Positions 24,693 through 35,718 of a stretch of 36,837 nt of DNA are shown here, piece after piece; the stretch's first letter is position 1, and each line of letters begins with the position of its first letter. The DNA is from a virus (Duplodnaviria > Caudoviricetes), in IMG/VR virus record IMGVR_UViG_3300029258_001469, positions 1 through 36,837 of that record. One strand, given 5' to 3'. The notes beneath the pieces are model-generated. The model searched no databases and had not been told where the DNA came from. It saw nothing but the letters and a program-made list of their open reading frames with translations. The translations under genes and the position numbers were made by a program.

Positions 24693-27600
24693 ATGGCTTA
24701 TAATGATACTAAGAACATAGGAGATTTAATTAATGCAACTGATTGGAATGATCATACTGATGTAACGGATGCTATTAGCGGTAGCTATTATGGACATAGT
24801 GGTAATAAGGCAATACATTCACCTTCTAGTAATCTAAAAACTTGGTTCGATACTCTATATGAATCTGAGGGTAACTATGAGAATACTGTTGGATGGGTGT
24901 CTATTCAAGATGGTAATGGTATTAATGATTTCTCTGGAAAGATATCTGGAGCTAGTGCCATAACATTATCAGTAGATGAGGGTGCTATATTAGGTACAGT
25001 ATCTAGCAACGCTCTCCAAGCATATAATTACATAAATACATCAGGTAATATTTTAGGATATTATAAAACTTCAGCTCAGAAGTATCACCAAGCATATTTA
25101 TCAGGACAATTAGCTCATCCTAGAGTAACCTTAACAGGAGAAACCTACCTTACATTATCCGATCAACAAATAACATTAGCTAAATTGGATATGAATGAGA
25201 CTAATTTGGTAGCTGGCACTAATATTACATTATCAACTAATACTTTAAATGTTGATGATGCTTTCTTAATAAATGATGGAGATGACTCTACATCAGGTAC
25301 TTTAACTGCTAAATCATATGTAGGTCCAATATCATCAACTGCTATATCTAGTGCATCACTTAAGTTGGGTGCTTCTAGAGTAACTACAATATTAGATGAA
25401 GATGATATGTCTACTAATAGTGCTACTGCTCTTGCCACTCAACAGTCTATTAAAAAATATGTGGATGACAATTCAGAAGGTACAGTTGGATGGGTAACAA
25501 TAGAAGATGGAGTTGGTATCAACGATTTTACAGGAAAGATTAGTGGAGCATCAGCAGTTACTTTATCAGTTGATCAAGGATCTATCCTTGGTACAGTTTC
25601 TAGTCAAGCTAAACAAGCTTATAACTTTACAAATGCTTCAGGTGCTATTTTAGGGTACTATAAAGCCTCAGCACAAAAATATCATCAAGCATATCTTAGT
25701 GGACAACGAGTTCAAGATGCATTCGATCATAATATCTTCATAACAAGTTCTAGTGCAATAGCTAGATTTCAAGAATCAGGTACATCTACTCAACATCTCA
25801 ATATAATATCTATATCTACACAAAACATATCAGGAGTAACTGAACACAATGTAATGATGGATTGTCTTCCAGGAGCTACTGAATGCTCTTTACAAGGTTG
25901 GGTAGATAATTACGGCTCAGCAGTATTATTATCTGGAGCTAATGTAACTATTGGTGGACCAACTGGTTCAATTAATATATCTAAATCATATGTAGCAGTT
26001 AGAGAGGCTACTGATGAACATGCTCTATTATGGAGAGCTGATATTGTAGCATCATCAAATATTACAATGGGTGAAGGTTCACATTATCTTTATATAGATT
26101 ATAATGGTGGCTCACCTAAATATGCTCATAGAACTACTGGAAATTTCAATGGAACTACTCAAATACATTTTGCTAGAATTTATAATGATTGGGATACTGG
26201 ATACATACCCGAAACTCATATAGTAGAAGGTGGGTATAGAATAAATGATTTAGGTAATAAAGTATTAAAAAGATTTAGTTCATATGGAACTGAAAGACAA
26301 ACAGGTATAATAACTGCTTCTTCACAAACAACTGGACATCCCTCTTCTTTACAAGTAACAACAGGAACTTTATGGAGAGCTCTAAATAAATTTACAACTA
26401 CTGCTTTTGATGCTGGGAGTAACCATGATATAACGGCACTAAATCACGAAGAAAATTGGTTTTCAGTAACAGGTTGTACCCATACCGTAGTTAGAGGAAA
26501 TCATGTATTAGTACAAGAATCCACTGGAAATGATGGAATATATATTGTTAGTTCCACTACTATTCCAAGTTCAGCTGGTTATAAAAGAATATATATATGG
26601 AGTGGAAATGGTAAGGGGGTATCTGATACCACTGCTGATGGACATTTACATGATAATGTATTTACTTATTGGTGGAGAGATGGCTCTAGTGGTTGGTATA
26701 ATTCAAGTGGGCAAGTAGGTTTAAATATTGATTATTATGATGATAATTCAGGTACATTAAATACACTAACATCTAATAGATATGGTGTACATTGGGTATA
26801 TGTTGATATAACAGGTGATGTTAATATATTATATGGTCAAGGTGACTATACCCTTGCACAAGCTGAGGATTCTATTACCCCTGCAACAATACCATCTCAA
26901 TTAGATGTCACAAGTATTCTAGCTGCTAGGGTAATAGTTCAACAAGGTCAAACTTCTTTAGATGATGCAACCTATTCTTATCCTTGGACTACATCATTTA
27001 CTGCTGGTAATGTAGACCAACATAACGATTTAGGTGGTATACAAGGAGGTACTACTGGTGAATACTATCACTTAACCGCTACAGATGATACTAATTTTGA
27101 TACATTAACGGATGGTTCAGATGCATCCACTTTACATGTTCACGATGGTAGATATACTGCAAGTGGTGTAGTAAATAAAGATTATATAGATACGATATCA
27201 TCCAATGCTATTCAAGCTTACAATTATACTAATGCATCTGGAGGTATTCTTGGTTATTATAAGACATCCGCTCAGAAGTATCATCAAGCCTATCAATCTT
27301 CTCAAATAGCTTTTTATGATTCAGCTCATGTTAATCATGATGAAACTACTAATTTTGTAGCATCAGAACACATTAATCACTTAAGTGGTTATTTATCGGG
27401 TGCTAAAATATCAGCTAATACAATTAGATTTACTCAATTCATTGGTGGAACTGATGCAACCGCATCACAATTAGAAACATTAACTGATGGCTCAGATGCT
27501 GATGCATTACATATACATCCTTCTATTGATGGTGCTCCATCATCTTGGACAGCACCAACCTCTGCATCTGGTGTTACTCTTATTGGAGTAGGAAAGATAT

Positions 27601-30600
27601 CAGGTGCTTTAAAAGTTACTTTATCAGATATACCTCAAGATGTTATTAAATCTGGAGCTAACTGGCAAAAAGCCTATATATCTACTAGTACTGGTATATT
27701 TGCTAATGCAAGTCACACACATGATGATAGATATTATACTGAAACAGAAGTAAATGCTATATCAAGCTCTATAATTACTCATATATCTCATAATTATTAC
27801 CCTTCATCAGTTGGTGCATTATATGATAATATATCAGGATTAATTGATGTAGCTGTCATGCATAATAGAGCTGATGGAGATTTATTAACTTGGGATACAA
27901 CTCAAAATAAATGGTCTAGTCAAGCTGCACCTCAAGGTGGTATATCATCTTGGCAAGCATTCACAGCAGGTGATGGAAGTATAGCTGGAATGACGGGTGC
28001 ATATGCAATATCAGGTGATGGTGCATTAACTATAAGTGTTCCGGGTTATCTAGTTATATCCTCTCAAGCAAAGCAAGGAAAGGATTATGCAGATGCCTCT
28101 GGAAGTATCTTAGGATACTATAAGACTTCTGCTCAGAAATACCATCAAGCTTATGCTTCTGCTCAGATTGCTTTTTATGATAGTAAACATGTAGACCATG
28201 ATGCTACAACTAACTTTGTAGCTGATGAACATATAGACCATTCTGGTGTAGATATTACAGCAGGTACTAATCTTAATGGTGGAGGAGATATAACCTCAAC
28301 AAGAACCATTAATCTTGATACAACTTTAGAAGGTTTAGTGTCAGTATCCTCACAAAATATATCTAGTAATACATTAAAAATAGGTGCCGTTAGAGTTAAT
28401 GAAATATATGATGAAGATAGTTTTGCATCAGATTCAGCTACTGGATTAGCTACTCAACAGTCCATAAAAGCATTTATTAATACTATATCGGGTGCATTAG
28501 ATACAAAGATAGATGCCTTATCTGATACTCCAACAAATTGGACTACCCTCACAGCTACAGCTGATAGTGGTATAGCACCATTTGAAGGGGCTATTGGAGT
28601 TAGTGGCTCTACTGCAGTATCTTTAGAAGTAGTTGCATATTCAACTATATCCTCAAATGCAAAACAAGGTAAAGATTTTGCTAACACTTCAGGGAGTGTA
28701 CTGGGTTATTATAAAGCCTCTAGTACTAAATATGGGACTGCTTACACTCACTCACAAGATAATACTCAAGCTCATAGCGATTACTTACTTAATAATAATG
28801 ATGATGCTACTACTGGTAGTTTAACCGCTAAAACATTTTATGGACCTGTATCAGGAATAGCTATATCAACTGCATCCTTAAAAGTAGGTGCAACTAGGGT
28901 TACATCTATATTAGATGAGGATAGTTTTGCAAGTGATAGTGCAACATCCTTAGCTACACAACAATCTATTAAAGCTTATGTAAATACTGTATCAGGAGCT
29001 TTGGATACTAAAATCGATGCAATGTCCGATACACCCACAACATGGGGTACACTTACAGAAGGAACTGGTATTGCACCCATAACAGGTGTAGGTATTAGTG
29101 GCTCTGGTGATAATGATGTTACAGTATTAGGATATGCTACTATATCATCTCAAGCTAAACAAGGAAAAGACTTTGCGGATGCATCAGGTAGCGTATTGGG
29201 ATATTATAAAACATCAAGTTCAAAATATGGAACAGCCTATACCCATAGTCAAGACAACACTCAAGCTCACACTGATTATCTTGTAAATAACGCTGACGAT
29301 ACCACAACCGGCTCATTAACTGCAGTGACATTCTATGGAAATCTATCAGGTGCTAGTGCTTCCAGTGCTCAATATATAGGTAAAAAGATATATGGTGGTA
29401 CCACAGCTGGTGATGATTTAACCTTATATGGAAACACTTCCGATACTTATCCAAATATAGTATTACAAGGTGGAGGTAATATAGTATTTGATACAGATGG
29501 AGATACTTTCTTTTATGATAATGGAACAAATGCCCTTAAATTTTCTTATTCCGCTCCAAGTACATATATATCTACTGATACAGCTAAATCAAATATATAT
29601 TTAGATTCTAAGTATAATATAGTATTAAGATCTGGAACTACACAATTATTCCAATTTTATAGAGATGGTGACGATAATATAATTGAGGGAGGCACAACTG
29701 CTAATGACGATTTAAAAATAAAGGCAAATACTTCCGATTCATATCCTTATATGATTATGTATGGTGCAGGTGATGTTAGGGTATATTCTAATGCTGACAT
29801 CACATTCTGGGAACAATCTACACAAGACTTTAAATTTTCTTATGCTTCAAATGTATCTACTATAGAAGGTGGGGCAACTAGTGGAGATGATTTAAAATTA
29901 AAAGCCAATACTTTAGATGATTATCCTTATATTAGACTATATGGCTCAGGTCAAATATGCTTATCAGGTTCTAAGATAGGTATATCTAGTAGTTCATTAC
30001 AAGCCCATACTATATCTTGTGCTGTATTCCAAGGTCCAGTTGCAGCAGGTGGAGGTATAGATAATGTAGTAGAGGATACTACACCTCAATTAGGTGGAGA
30101 ATTAGATGGACAGAGCTCTTATGGTTTAGTTGCTATACCTTATATATCTTCAACAATAATAAATACTAGTGATATAAGAAGTAAGGATCCAATAATAATT
30201 AATTCAGGTGCAACTCAAATATTTAAACTCCGTAGTTCAGGAGATTGGTCTTATCTTTGGGGGCAAGGTGGAGCTGGTAATGCTTTAAGAATTGGTGCAG
30301 GTACCGATTATCCATTTATGGATATCCTTGATAATGATTATGTTCATGTAGCTTTACAAGATGCAACAGATGAAGTTAGATTTTTACATCAAACAACCCA
30401 TAAACATAACTTTAATGCAAATGGGGTTCATTTCTTTGCAGAAACCACAACCCCTTCAGCTAAAGCTTCTATGGGAGCAATATATACTAAATCCGATAAT
30501 AAATTTTACTTCCAAGATGGAGCTGGTGATGAACATGATATGATGTTAATATCAGGTCATACTGATACTAATATTAATACTCCAGCTAGTGGAGAGGTAT

Positions 30601-30962
30601 TAATGTGGGATGGAGCTGATTGGGAAAACAAAATGCCAGCTATGAATTTCAATGTAGCTAACATTATGATATCAGCTCAGCAAAATATTAATGTAACTAG
30701 ATTTACATGTCCAGCTGGTAAAAAGGCTTATATCTGGCAAGCCGCAGCTTGTAATTCAGGTGGTGCTATGGTGGGTGATTTATGCATAGAATTACTATCA
30801 GGCTCTACAAGTGTCTATAAGACATCCTCAGCGGAATTACAACAAGGTAGTCCTTTAGGAGTATCTGATGGTGGTAAAACAGAAATAAGATTCATGTATT
30901 CAGGTGGTGGTGCATCGGGTATCCAATATGGAACTGGATTTATGCAAGTATCGGTGTATTAA
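24693..30962 (+). CDS. giant repeat-containing tail fibre/adhesin-like protein (2089 aa)
   Basis: S/G/T-rich; internal repeats GYYK(T/A)S x6 and LATQQSIK x3; fibre-type motifs HTHDDRYYTETE and VVEDTTPQLGG. Confidence 0.8.
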   Translation: MAYNDTKNIGDLINATDWNDHTDVTDAISGSYYGHSGNKAIHSPSSNLKTWFDTLYESEGNYENTVGWVSIQDGNGINDFSGKISGASAITLSVDEGAILGTVSSNALQAYNYINTSGNILGYYKTSAQKYHQAYLSGQLAHPRVTLTGETYLTLSDQQITLAKLDMNETNLVAGTNITLSTNTLNVDDAFLINDGDDSTSGTLTAKSYVGPISSTAISSASLKLGASRVTTILDEDDMSTNSATALATQQSIKKYVDDNSEGTVGWVTIEDGVGINDFTGKISGASAVTLSVDQGSILGTVSSQAKQAYNFTNASGAILGYYKASAQKYHQAYLSGQRVQDAFDHNIFITSSSAIARFQESGTSTQHLNIISISTQNISGVTEHNVMMDCLPGATECSLQGWVDNYGSAVLLSGANVTIGGPTGSINISKSYVAVREATDEHALLWRADIVASSNITMGEGSHYLYIDYNGGSPKYAHRTTGNFNGTTQIHFARIYNDWDTGYIPETHIVEGGYRINDLGNKVLKRFSSYGTERQTGIITASSQTTGHPSSLQVTTGTLWRALNKFTTTAFDAGSNHDITALNHEENWFSVTGCTHTVVRGNHVLVQESTGNDGIYIVSSTTIPSSAGYKRIYIWSGNGKGVSDTTADGHLHDNVFTYWWRDGSSGWYNSSGQVGLNIDYYDDNSGTLNTLTSNRYGVHWVYVDITGDVNILYGQGDYTLAQAEDSITPATIPSQLDVTSILAARVIVQQGQTSLDDATYSYPWTTSFTAGNVDQHNDLGGIQGGTTGEYYHLTATDDTNFDTLTDGSDASTLHVHDGRYTASGVVNKDYIDTISSNAIQAYNYTNASGGILGYYKTSAQKYHQAYQSSQIAFYDSAHVNHDETTNFVASEHINHLSGYLSGAKISANTIRFTQFIGGTDATASQLETLTDGSDADALHIHPSIDGAPSSWTAPTSASGVTLIGVGKISGALKVTLSDIPQDVIKSGANWQKAYISTSTGIFANASHTHDDRYYTETEVNAISSSIITHISHNYYPSSVGALYDNISGLIDVAVMHNRADGDLLTWDTTQNKWSSQAAPQGGISSWQAFTAGDGSIAGMTGAYAISGDGALTISVPGYLVISSQAKQGKDYADASGSILGYYKTSAQKYHQAYASAQIAFYDSKHVDHDATTNFVADEHIDHSGVDITAGTNLNGGGDITSTRTINLDTTLEGLVSVSSQNISSNTLKIGAVRVNEIYDEDSFASDSATGLATQQSIKAFINTISGALDTKIDALSDTPTNWTTLTATADSGIAPFEGAIGVSGSTAVSLEVVAYSTISSNAKQGKDFANTSGSVLGYYKASSTKYGTAYTHSQDNTQAHSDYLLNNNDDATTGSLTAKTFYGPVSGIAISTASLKVGATRVTSILDEDSFASDSATSLATQQSIKAYVNTVSGALDTKIDAMSDTPTTWGTLTEGTGIAPITGVGISGSGDNDVTVLGYATISSQAKQGKDFADASGSVLGYYKTSSSKYGTAYTHSQDNTQAHTDYLVNNADDTTTGSLTAVTFYGNLSGASASSAQYIGKKIYGGTTAGDDLTLYGNTSDTYPNIVLQGGGNIVFDTDGDTFFYDNGTNALKFSYSAPSTYISTDTAKSNIYLDSKYNIVLRSGTTQLFQFYRDGDDNIIEGGTTANDDLKIKANTSDSYPYMIMYGAGDVRVYSNADITFWEQSTQDFKFSYASNVSTIEGGATSGDDLKLKANTLDDYPYIRLYGSGQICLSGSKIGISSSSLQAHTISCAVFQGPVAAGGGIDNVVEDTTPQLGGELDGQSSYGLVAIPYISSTIINTSDIRSKDPIIINSGATQIFKLRSSGDWSYLWGQGGAGNALRIGAGTDYPFMDILDNDYVHVALQDATDEVRFLHQTTHKHNFNANGVHFFAETTTPSAKASMGAIYTKSDNKFYFQDGAGDEHDMMLISGHTDTNINTPASGEVLMWDGADWENKMPAMNFNVANIMISAQQNINVTRFTCPAGKKAYIWQAAACNSGGAMVGDLCIELLSGSTSVYKTSSAELQQGSPLGVSDGGKTEIRFMYSGGGASGIQYGTGFMQVSVY

Positions 30963-33900
30963 TGATAGAGAAAATAAATAGTTTATTTAAGAGTTCTACT
31001 CTCATAAAACCTATAATAGCTATATCATCTATAATAGTGATGATATTAGCTTTATTTTATTTAGATTTACCTAAGAAGATAAGTATACCAATAGGTGTAA
31101 TTTTATCCTCTTTAATTATAATTATATTATATAAAGATCCAATAATCAAATGGGTTAAAAGGAATAAAAAGAAAGGTTTAGCAATATTACTTGCTACATC
31201 AGCATCCACTGCTGGTGTTATCTTAATAGAGGATATTGATTTACCTCCAATTACTCCAAGTGATAGTCCAATTGATGATCCAGCATTTGATTATATATAT
31301 CCACCATCTCTAGAAAATAAAAGTGTTTTAGGTAATAGAGTGGTTGTTAAAAATTTAAATAAAACTACATTCTGGAAGCTATTCAGAGAGAATAGTCTGT
31401 GGCAACTTGAAGCACAACATCCAGTAAGTCTTGAATGGCTAGATGAATGGGAGGGAACTAATCTAAATCAATGGCTTAATATAGAGCGAACACCAAATAT
31501 TGATAATACATCCGAAAAAATAAATCTAACTGTTACTAATAACCATCCAACTCAAGCGTTGAAGTTTCGTTTTAGTTTTGCTATAGACTTACGAGTAAAG
31601 AATTATATTAATGAGAGTTCTACCAAGTGGAATTATATATTAACATTTCAAGCAAATGAAACAGAAGAATATAATGTCTTTTTTAATTTTAGTGATATTA
31701 AAAGCCTTGTTCAAGCTGGTAAAATTCATGCTAAACATGGTATAAAAACAATTGGAGATAATGAATATTTCTGGTTCAGAATAATATCCAATCAAACCCT
31801 TAATGCTGGAAACAGTTTTACGGTTGATCCACATTTTGGAAATGATGATGATTCAGTTACTGGTTCTGCTAGTGCAATATGGGCGTGTATTAGAGCAACA
31901 GCTAAAACATTTTCTGGCAATGATGGTACTCCTGTTTCATTTAATTTCTATGGTGTAGAAGGTGATGCTTATGATGTAGTGCCTTGTATATATGATAGTA
32001 ATGATAATTTACTTGCAACTTTAGATGATATATCAGTTTCCTCAGCAGAATGGTATCAAGTTAATTTTAGTAATGAATTTATATTAGAGAATGGGGTTGA
32101 ATATAAAATAAGTCTATATACTGAAAATGGTAAGTCAACTACCATAAGTGGATCAGGTCTTGTATCTCATTATCATGATCCTTATTCTGGAGTTCCACCT
32201 GATACATTTTATGCTGATACTTCTGTATCGGCAACAGTTGATTCGCTTGCATATATTGATTATGAAGAGGAGTTTTATCCTATTATATCTAACCCAACTC
32301 CAGCTAATGAAGGCTCCAACATAAGTATGTCAGCAATATATAATGTTACCGTTACTGATTTGGATGGTAACAATAGTGCGGTTGACTTTTATATATCAAC
32401 TGATAATGCTACTTGGACTCATATAGGTAAAAATACTACTATCTTAAATCAAAGTGTGTCTGTTGATTTATCTAGCAATTTAAATGATTATAGCCAACTA
32501 TATTATATGAAGGTTACTGCAAATGATGCAGTATTTAATAGTACATTTTATAGTAATTTTGTAACAACACCATATAGGAGTGATTATTTCAATGATTCAA
32601 TTAATAATATTGGATTTATAGAAACTAGTACTAATGTAACATTTTCTTCAGGTAAAGGTGTATTTGTTTTGAGTGAGGATATTGATGATACTTTTGGTAA
32701 ACAAGTTCATAGAGGAGCAACAAATAAAGCTCTTGGCTCTTATATGTATTCAGCAAACTTTATTGCCCCTAAATCAGGGGATATAAAATATTATTATCTA
32801 AATTTAGATTTTACGGTTGCAACAACTGATTTAAAAATTGCATTATATTTATATTCTGATTTATCCTTAATTGGTAATACTACAATAACAGATACTTGGA
32901 ATACTACTTCAAGAAGTTGGTTTAAAGCTGAATTCGATACTCCCTTATCTGTAACCGCAGGTACTAGATATTGTTTAGCTGCTAGAGCATCATCTACTTG
33001 CAATTGTTATTATAATGCTGTTAGTGTATCAGGTTATAACTCAGCTTATGGGGATACATTAACTTTTACTAATTTTCCAGAAAATCCTTGGACTCCAGCT
33101 TATACCTATACTGTTCGTAATTTTACTTTTTATGCCGGATATACCTATACTGATACATATAGTGATGGAAATTTCATTAGTAAGGATATAACTCTTACGG
33201 GAACAACATGGGATAAACTTTATGTTGGTCATGATAATGATAGCGGTTCAGTATTTAGTATAGTGGATACATCAAATAATGAATTATTAGGTAGCCTTAC
33301 GGGTAATGGTGATGACATTAGTAGTGTAACCAATGGAACTATAAGAGTTAAAGGAGTATTTACAGGAAATATTAATATAACTTATTATAATGTAACATGG
33401 ATTACTGATGTAGATGTTACTTATAATGCAACTATAAGAAATGATGGTATAGATTATTTTGTATATCTAGGAGGTAACATATCAGCTAGTGATTTTGACG
33501 ATAACATAACAGGATTTGATAGTTCTACAGAATATATAGCTATCTGGAATAATGATAGCTATGACGAAACACATGGTTGGTGGCAATTATGGTATGGTGA
33601 TGGTACAGGTACCGATTTAGAATTACACACATTTGATATAATTAAAATATATTTGGATGATTCAGGTACACAAACTATAGATATGTTAGAAAATACTAAT
33701 ATCGATTATACTGCAACTAGAAGTGTATCCTTAGTTACTACAAGTGGTGCTAAAAATTATGTTAGTTGGACTGATGATGCTTCAACTACAGCAAATGATA
33801 TAGCTGATACTCATATAACAACTACTCTAGATGCTAATGAAATAATATATTATTGGAATTCAACTACTCACGATTGGGATGATTTCTTTATAGTAGGGTT

Positions 33901-33988
33901 TTGGGAACCTACAATAGATATACATGAAGATGATGTAATTATGATAGCGGTAACTGATGCAGAAACTTTAGAGATAGGCGGTAAATAA
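30962..33988 (+). CDS. membrane-anchored, sequon-rich extracellular beta-sandwich protein
   Basis: 2-3 N-terminal hydrophobic segments, Pro/Asp linker, ~30 N-x-S/T sequons counted by hand. Confidence 0.8.
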   Translation: MIEKINSLFKSSTLIKPIIAISSIIVMILALFYLDLPKKISIPIGVILSSLIIIILYKDPIIKWVKRNKKKGLAILLATSASTAGVILIEDIDLPPITPSDSPIDDPAFDYIYPPSLENKSVLGNRVVVKNLNKTTFWKLFRENSLWQLEAQHPVSLEWLDEWEGTNLNQWLNIERTPNIDNTSEKINLTVTNNHPTQALKFRFSFAIDLRVKNYINESSTKWNYILTFQANETEEYNVFFNFSDIKSLVQAGKIHAKHGIKTIGDNEYFWFRIISNQTLNAGNSFTVDPHFGNDDDSVTGSASAIWACIRATAKTFSGNDGTPVSFNFYGVEGDAYDVVPCIYDSNDNLLATLDDISVSSAEWYQVNFSNEFILENGVEYKISLYTENGKSTTISGSGLVSHYHDPYSGVPPDTFYADTSVSATVDSLAYIDYEEEFYPIISNPTPANEGSNISMSAIYNVTVTDLDGNNSAVDFYISTDNATWTHIGKNTTILNQSVSVDLSSNLNDYSQLYYMKVTANDAVFNSTFYSNFVTTPYRSDYFNDSINNIGFIETSTNVTFSSGKGVFVLSEDIDDTFGKQVHRGATNKALGSYMYSANFIAPKSGDIKYYYLNLDFTVATTDLKIALYLYSDLSLIGNTTITDTWNTTSRSWFKAEFDTPLSVTAGTRYCLAARASSTCNCYYNAVSVSGYNSAYGDTLTFTNFPENPWTPAYTYTVRNFTFYAGYTYTDTYSDGNFISKDITLTGTTWDKLYVGHDNDSGSVFSIVDTSNNELLGSLTGNGDDISSVTNGTIRVKGVFTGNINITYYNVTWITDVDVTYNATIRNDGIDYFVYLGGNISASDFDDNITGFDSSTEYIAIWNNDSYDETHGWWQLWYGDGTGTDLELHTFDIIKIYLDDSGTQTIDMLENTNIDYTATRSVSLVTTSGAKNYVSWTDDASTTANDIADTHITTTLDANEIIYYWNSTTHDWDDFFIVGFWEPTIDIHEDDVIMIAVTDAETLEIGGK

Positions 33989-34332
33989 TGACTTTGGCAT
34001 TTCCGTGGATACTATATGGTTATATCTATCAATCTGATGGATCTACTGGTATTTCGGGTGCAACAGTTGAAGCAATAGGAGATACAGCTACAACAGATAC
34101 AACTGATAATGATGGTAAATATTTGATAAATTTACAAGATTATGCATCTTCAGGTATAACAGTGAGTGTAAAATGTAAGAATGATAATTTACAAAAGAAT
34201 GGCTCATTTAAATTAGTAGTTTCGGATCCTGGAAAACAATTAAATTTTTCTTTAGGTGGTGGGGAAATTTATATGGATACGTTAAGTTACGGTAATGAAT
34301 TATATCTAGATAACGATTCTTGGGAGTTATAA
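33988..34332 (+). CDS. carboxypeptidase-regulatory-like (transthyretin-fold) domain protein
   Basis: LYGYI..SDG...ISGATV...TTDNDGKY pattern. Confidence 0.75.
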   Translation: MTLAFPWILYGYIYQSDGSTGISGATVEAIGDTATTDTTDNDGKYLINLQDYASSGITVSVKCKNDNLQKNGSFKLVVSDPGKQLNFSLGGGEIYMDTLSYGNELYLDNDSWEL

Positions 34333-34333
34333 T

Positions 34334-35716
34334 ATGAAAGTATTAGGAAGTATAGGAGAAGATTTACAAATCATAATAAGAAAGACAGATGATTCAATAT
34401 TAAATGATGTCAATTGGGATGATATAGTTTGGTCTCAAGTTAAAGAGATAGGACTCAAATCTAAAAATCATATTGTTGGTTTTCATAAGAATCTGGGGTG
34501 TATCACATGGTATCCAAGACAACCATATACATATGATAAACCTTTATTTTATATCTATCAGAAAGCATGGGGTAAAATAAATGATAATTGGCATAAATTC
34601 TATATAACTACAACAGATACTGTAAGAACCCCTTATCATCAAACAAATGATAATATAGCTCCTGATGAACGTAAGATGGGTTGGACAGGTACAATAGACT
34701 ACGGTGGTAATGACTTTGATGTTGATGTAGCTGTATTAGCAGAGCCTTTAGGATTACCACAGGCATTAAAGACTAAAATAACAACCCCAATTGATTTACA
34801 GAATATTGGTATTGAATATCAATTCTACTTGAATCCTGATTTTGCATCCGATGCACAAAAGAATATTAAATGGGTAAGAGTATATACAACTTATGAACCA
34901 GGGGCTCCTGGTGAAGAAGGTACATTTGTATATACAGATTATGATATAACTAAATTAATGGAGATAACCAGTATACCATCTTTAGATGCTTATATATTTA
35001 ATTTTTATAATGATGATAAATCAAAATTATTGTGTCACTTTGAATTTGATAGTATATTTAGAAACTCTAATAATAGATTTGTTAAGATAGAAGAAGTAAC
35101 TTTACCTAACAGTGAAACTACATATTGTCTTAGAATAGGGGCAACATTTGGTGCTATATCTTCTGGTGAAACTCTATCAATAGATCCTTGGTTTGGAGAT
35201 CAAACTGAAGGTGGTACATCTAATCATATTGATAGTAGGACTCAAGGTTTATATGCCTCAACAGCAGGAGATGGTGGAGGTAATATAGAATCCATAAGTA
35301 TCTATGCATATTATTGGACTGATTCTGGTGGAGAGTTTGATAGTAGATGTGCTTTATTTGATAGTAGTAAGAATTTAATACAAGAAACTGGAGATGTACA
35401 TAAAGGTAATAATACTGCAGAAACTACTGAATGGGTAACTCATACATTTGCATCACCAGTTGCTGTTACTGCATCAACTGAATACCTTCTTGGTGCAACG
35501 TCTGATGCAGGTGGAACACATGATCATATTAGTGTATTTTATGCTTCTGATGGTTTATCAATACAATATAATGCCACTTGTACTTCACCTCCTGCATTTG
35601 ACGATCCAATGGGTGGAGATAAATATGCAGGTTATGTTCGTGGTATGTATGCCACATATGCTGCAGATGCTGGACCTACTCCTTCAGAAGCTTATATTAA
35701 AACGAGTGTTTATTAA
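34334..35716 (+). CDS. putative receptor-binding/virion protein with a DUF4082-like C-terminal domain
   Basis: IDPWFG linker, then W...FASPVAVTASTEYLLG; shares architecture with 30962..33988. Confidence 0.7.
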   Translation: MKVLGSIGEDLQIIIRKTDDSILNDVNWDDIVWSQVKEIGLKSKNHIVGFHKNLGCITWYPRQPYTYDKPLFYIYQKAWGKINDNWHKFYITTTDTVRTPYHQTNDNIAPDERKMGWTGTIDYGGNDFDVDVAVLAEPLGLPQALKTKITTPIDLQNIGIEYQFYLNPDFASDAQKNIKWVRVYTTYEPGAPGEEGTFVYTDYDITKLMEITSIPSLDAYIFNFYNDDKSKLLCHFEFDSIFRNSNNRFVKIEEVTLPNSETTYCLRIGATFGAISSGETLSIDPWFGDQTEGGTSNHIDSRTQGLYASTAGDGGGNIESISIYAYYWTDSGGEFDSRCALFDSSKNLIQETGDVHKGNNTAETTEWVTHTFASPVAVTASTEYLLGATSDAGGTHDHISVFYASDGLSIQYNATCTSPPAFDDPMGGDKYAGYVRGMYATYAADAGPTPSEAYIKTSVY

Positions 35717-35718
35717 TA

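Noticed and set aside
24693-35716. Diversity-generating retroelement acting on fibre genes
   Set aside because: No reverse transcriptase and no adenine-specific TR/VR pair seen; the repeats differ mostly at synonymous sites
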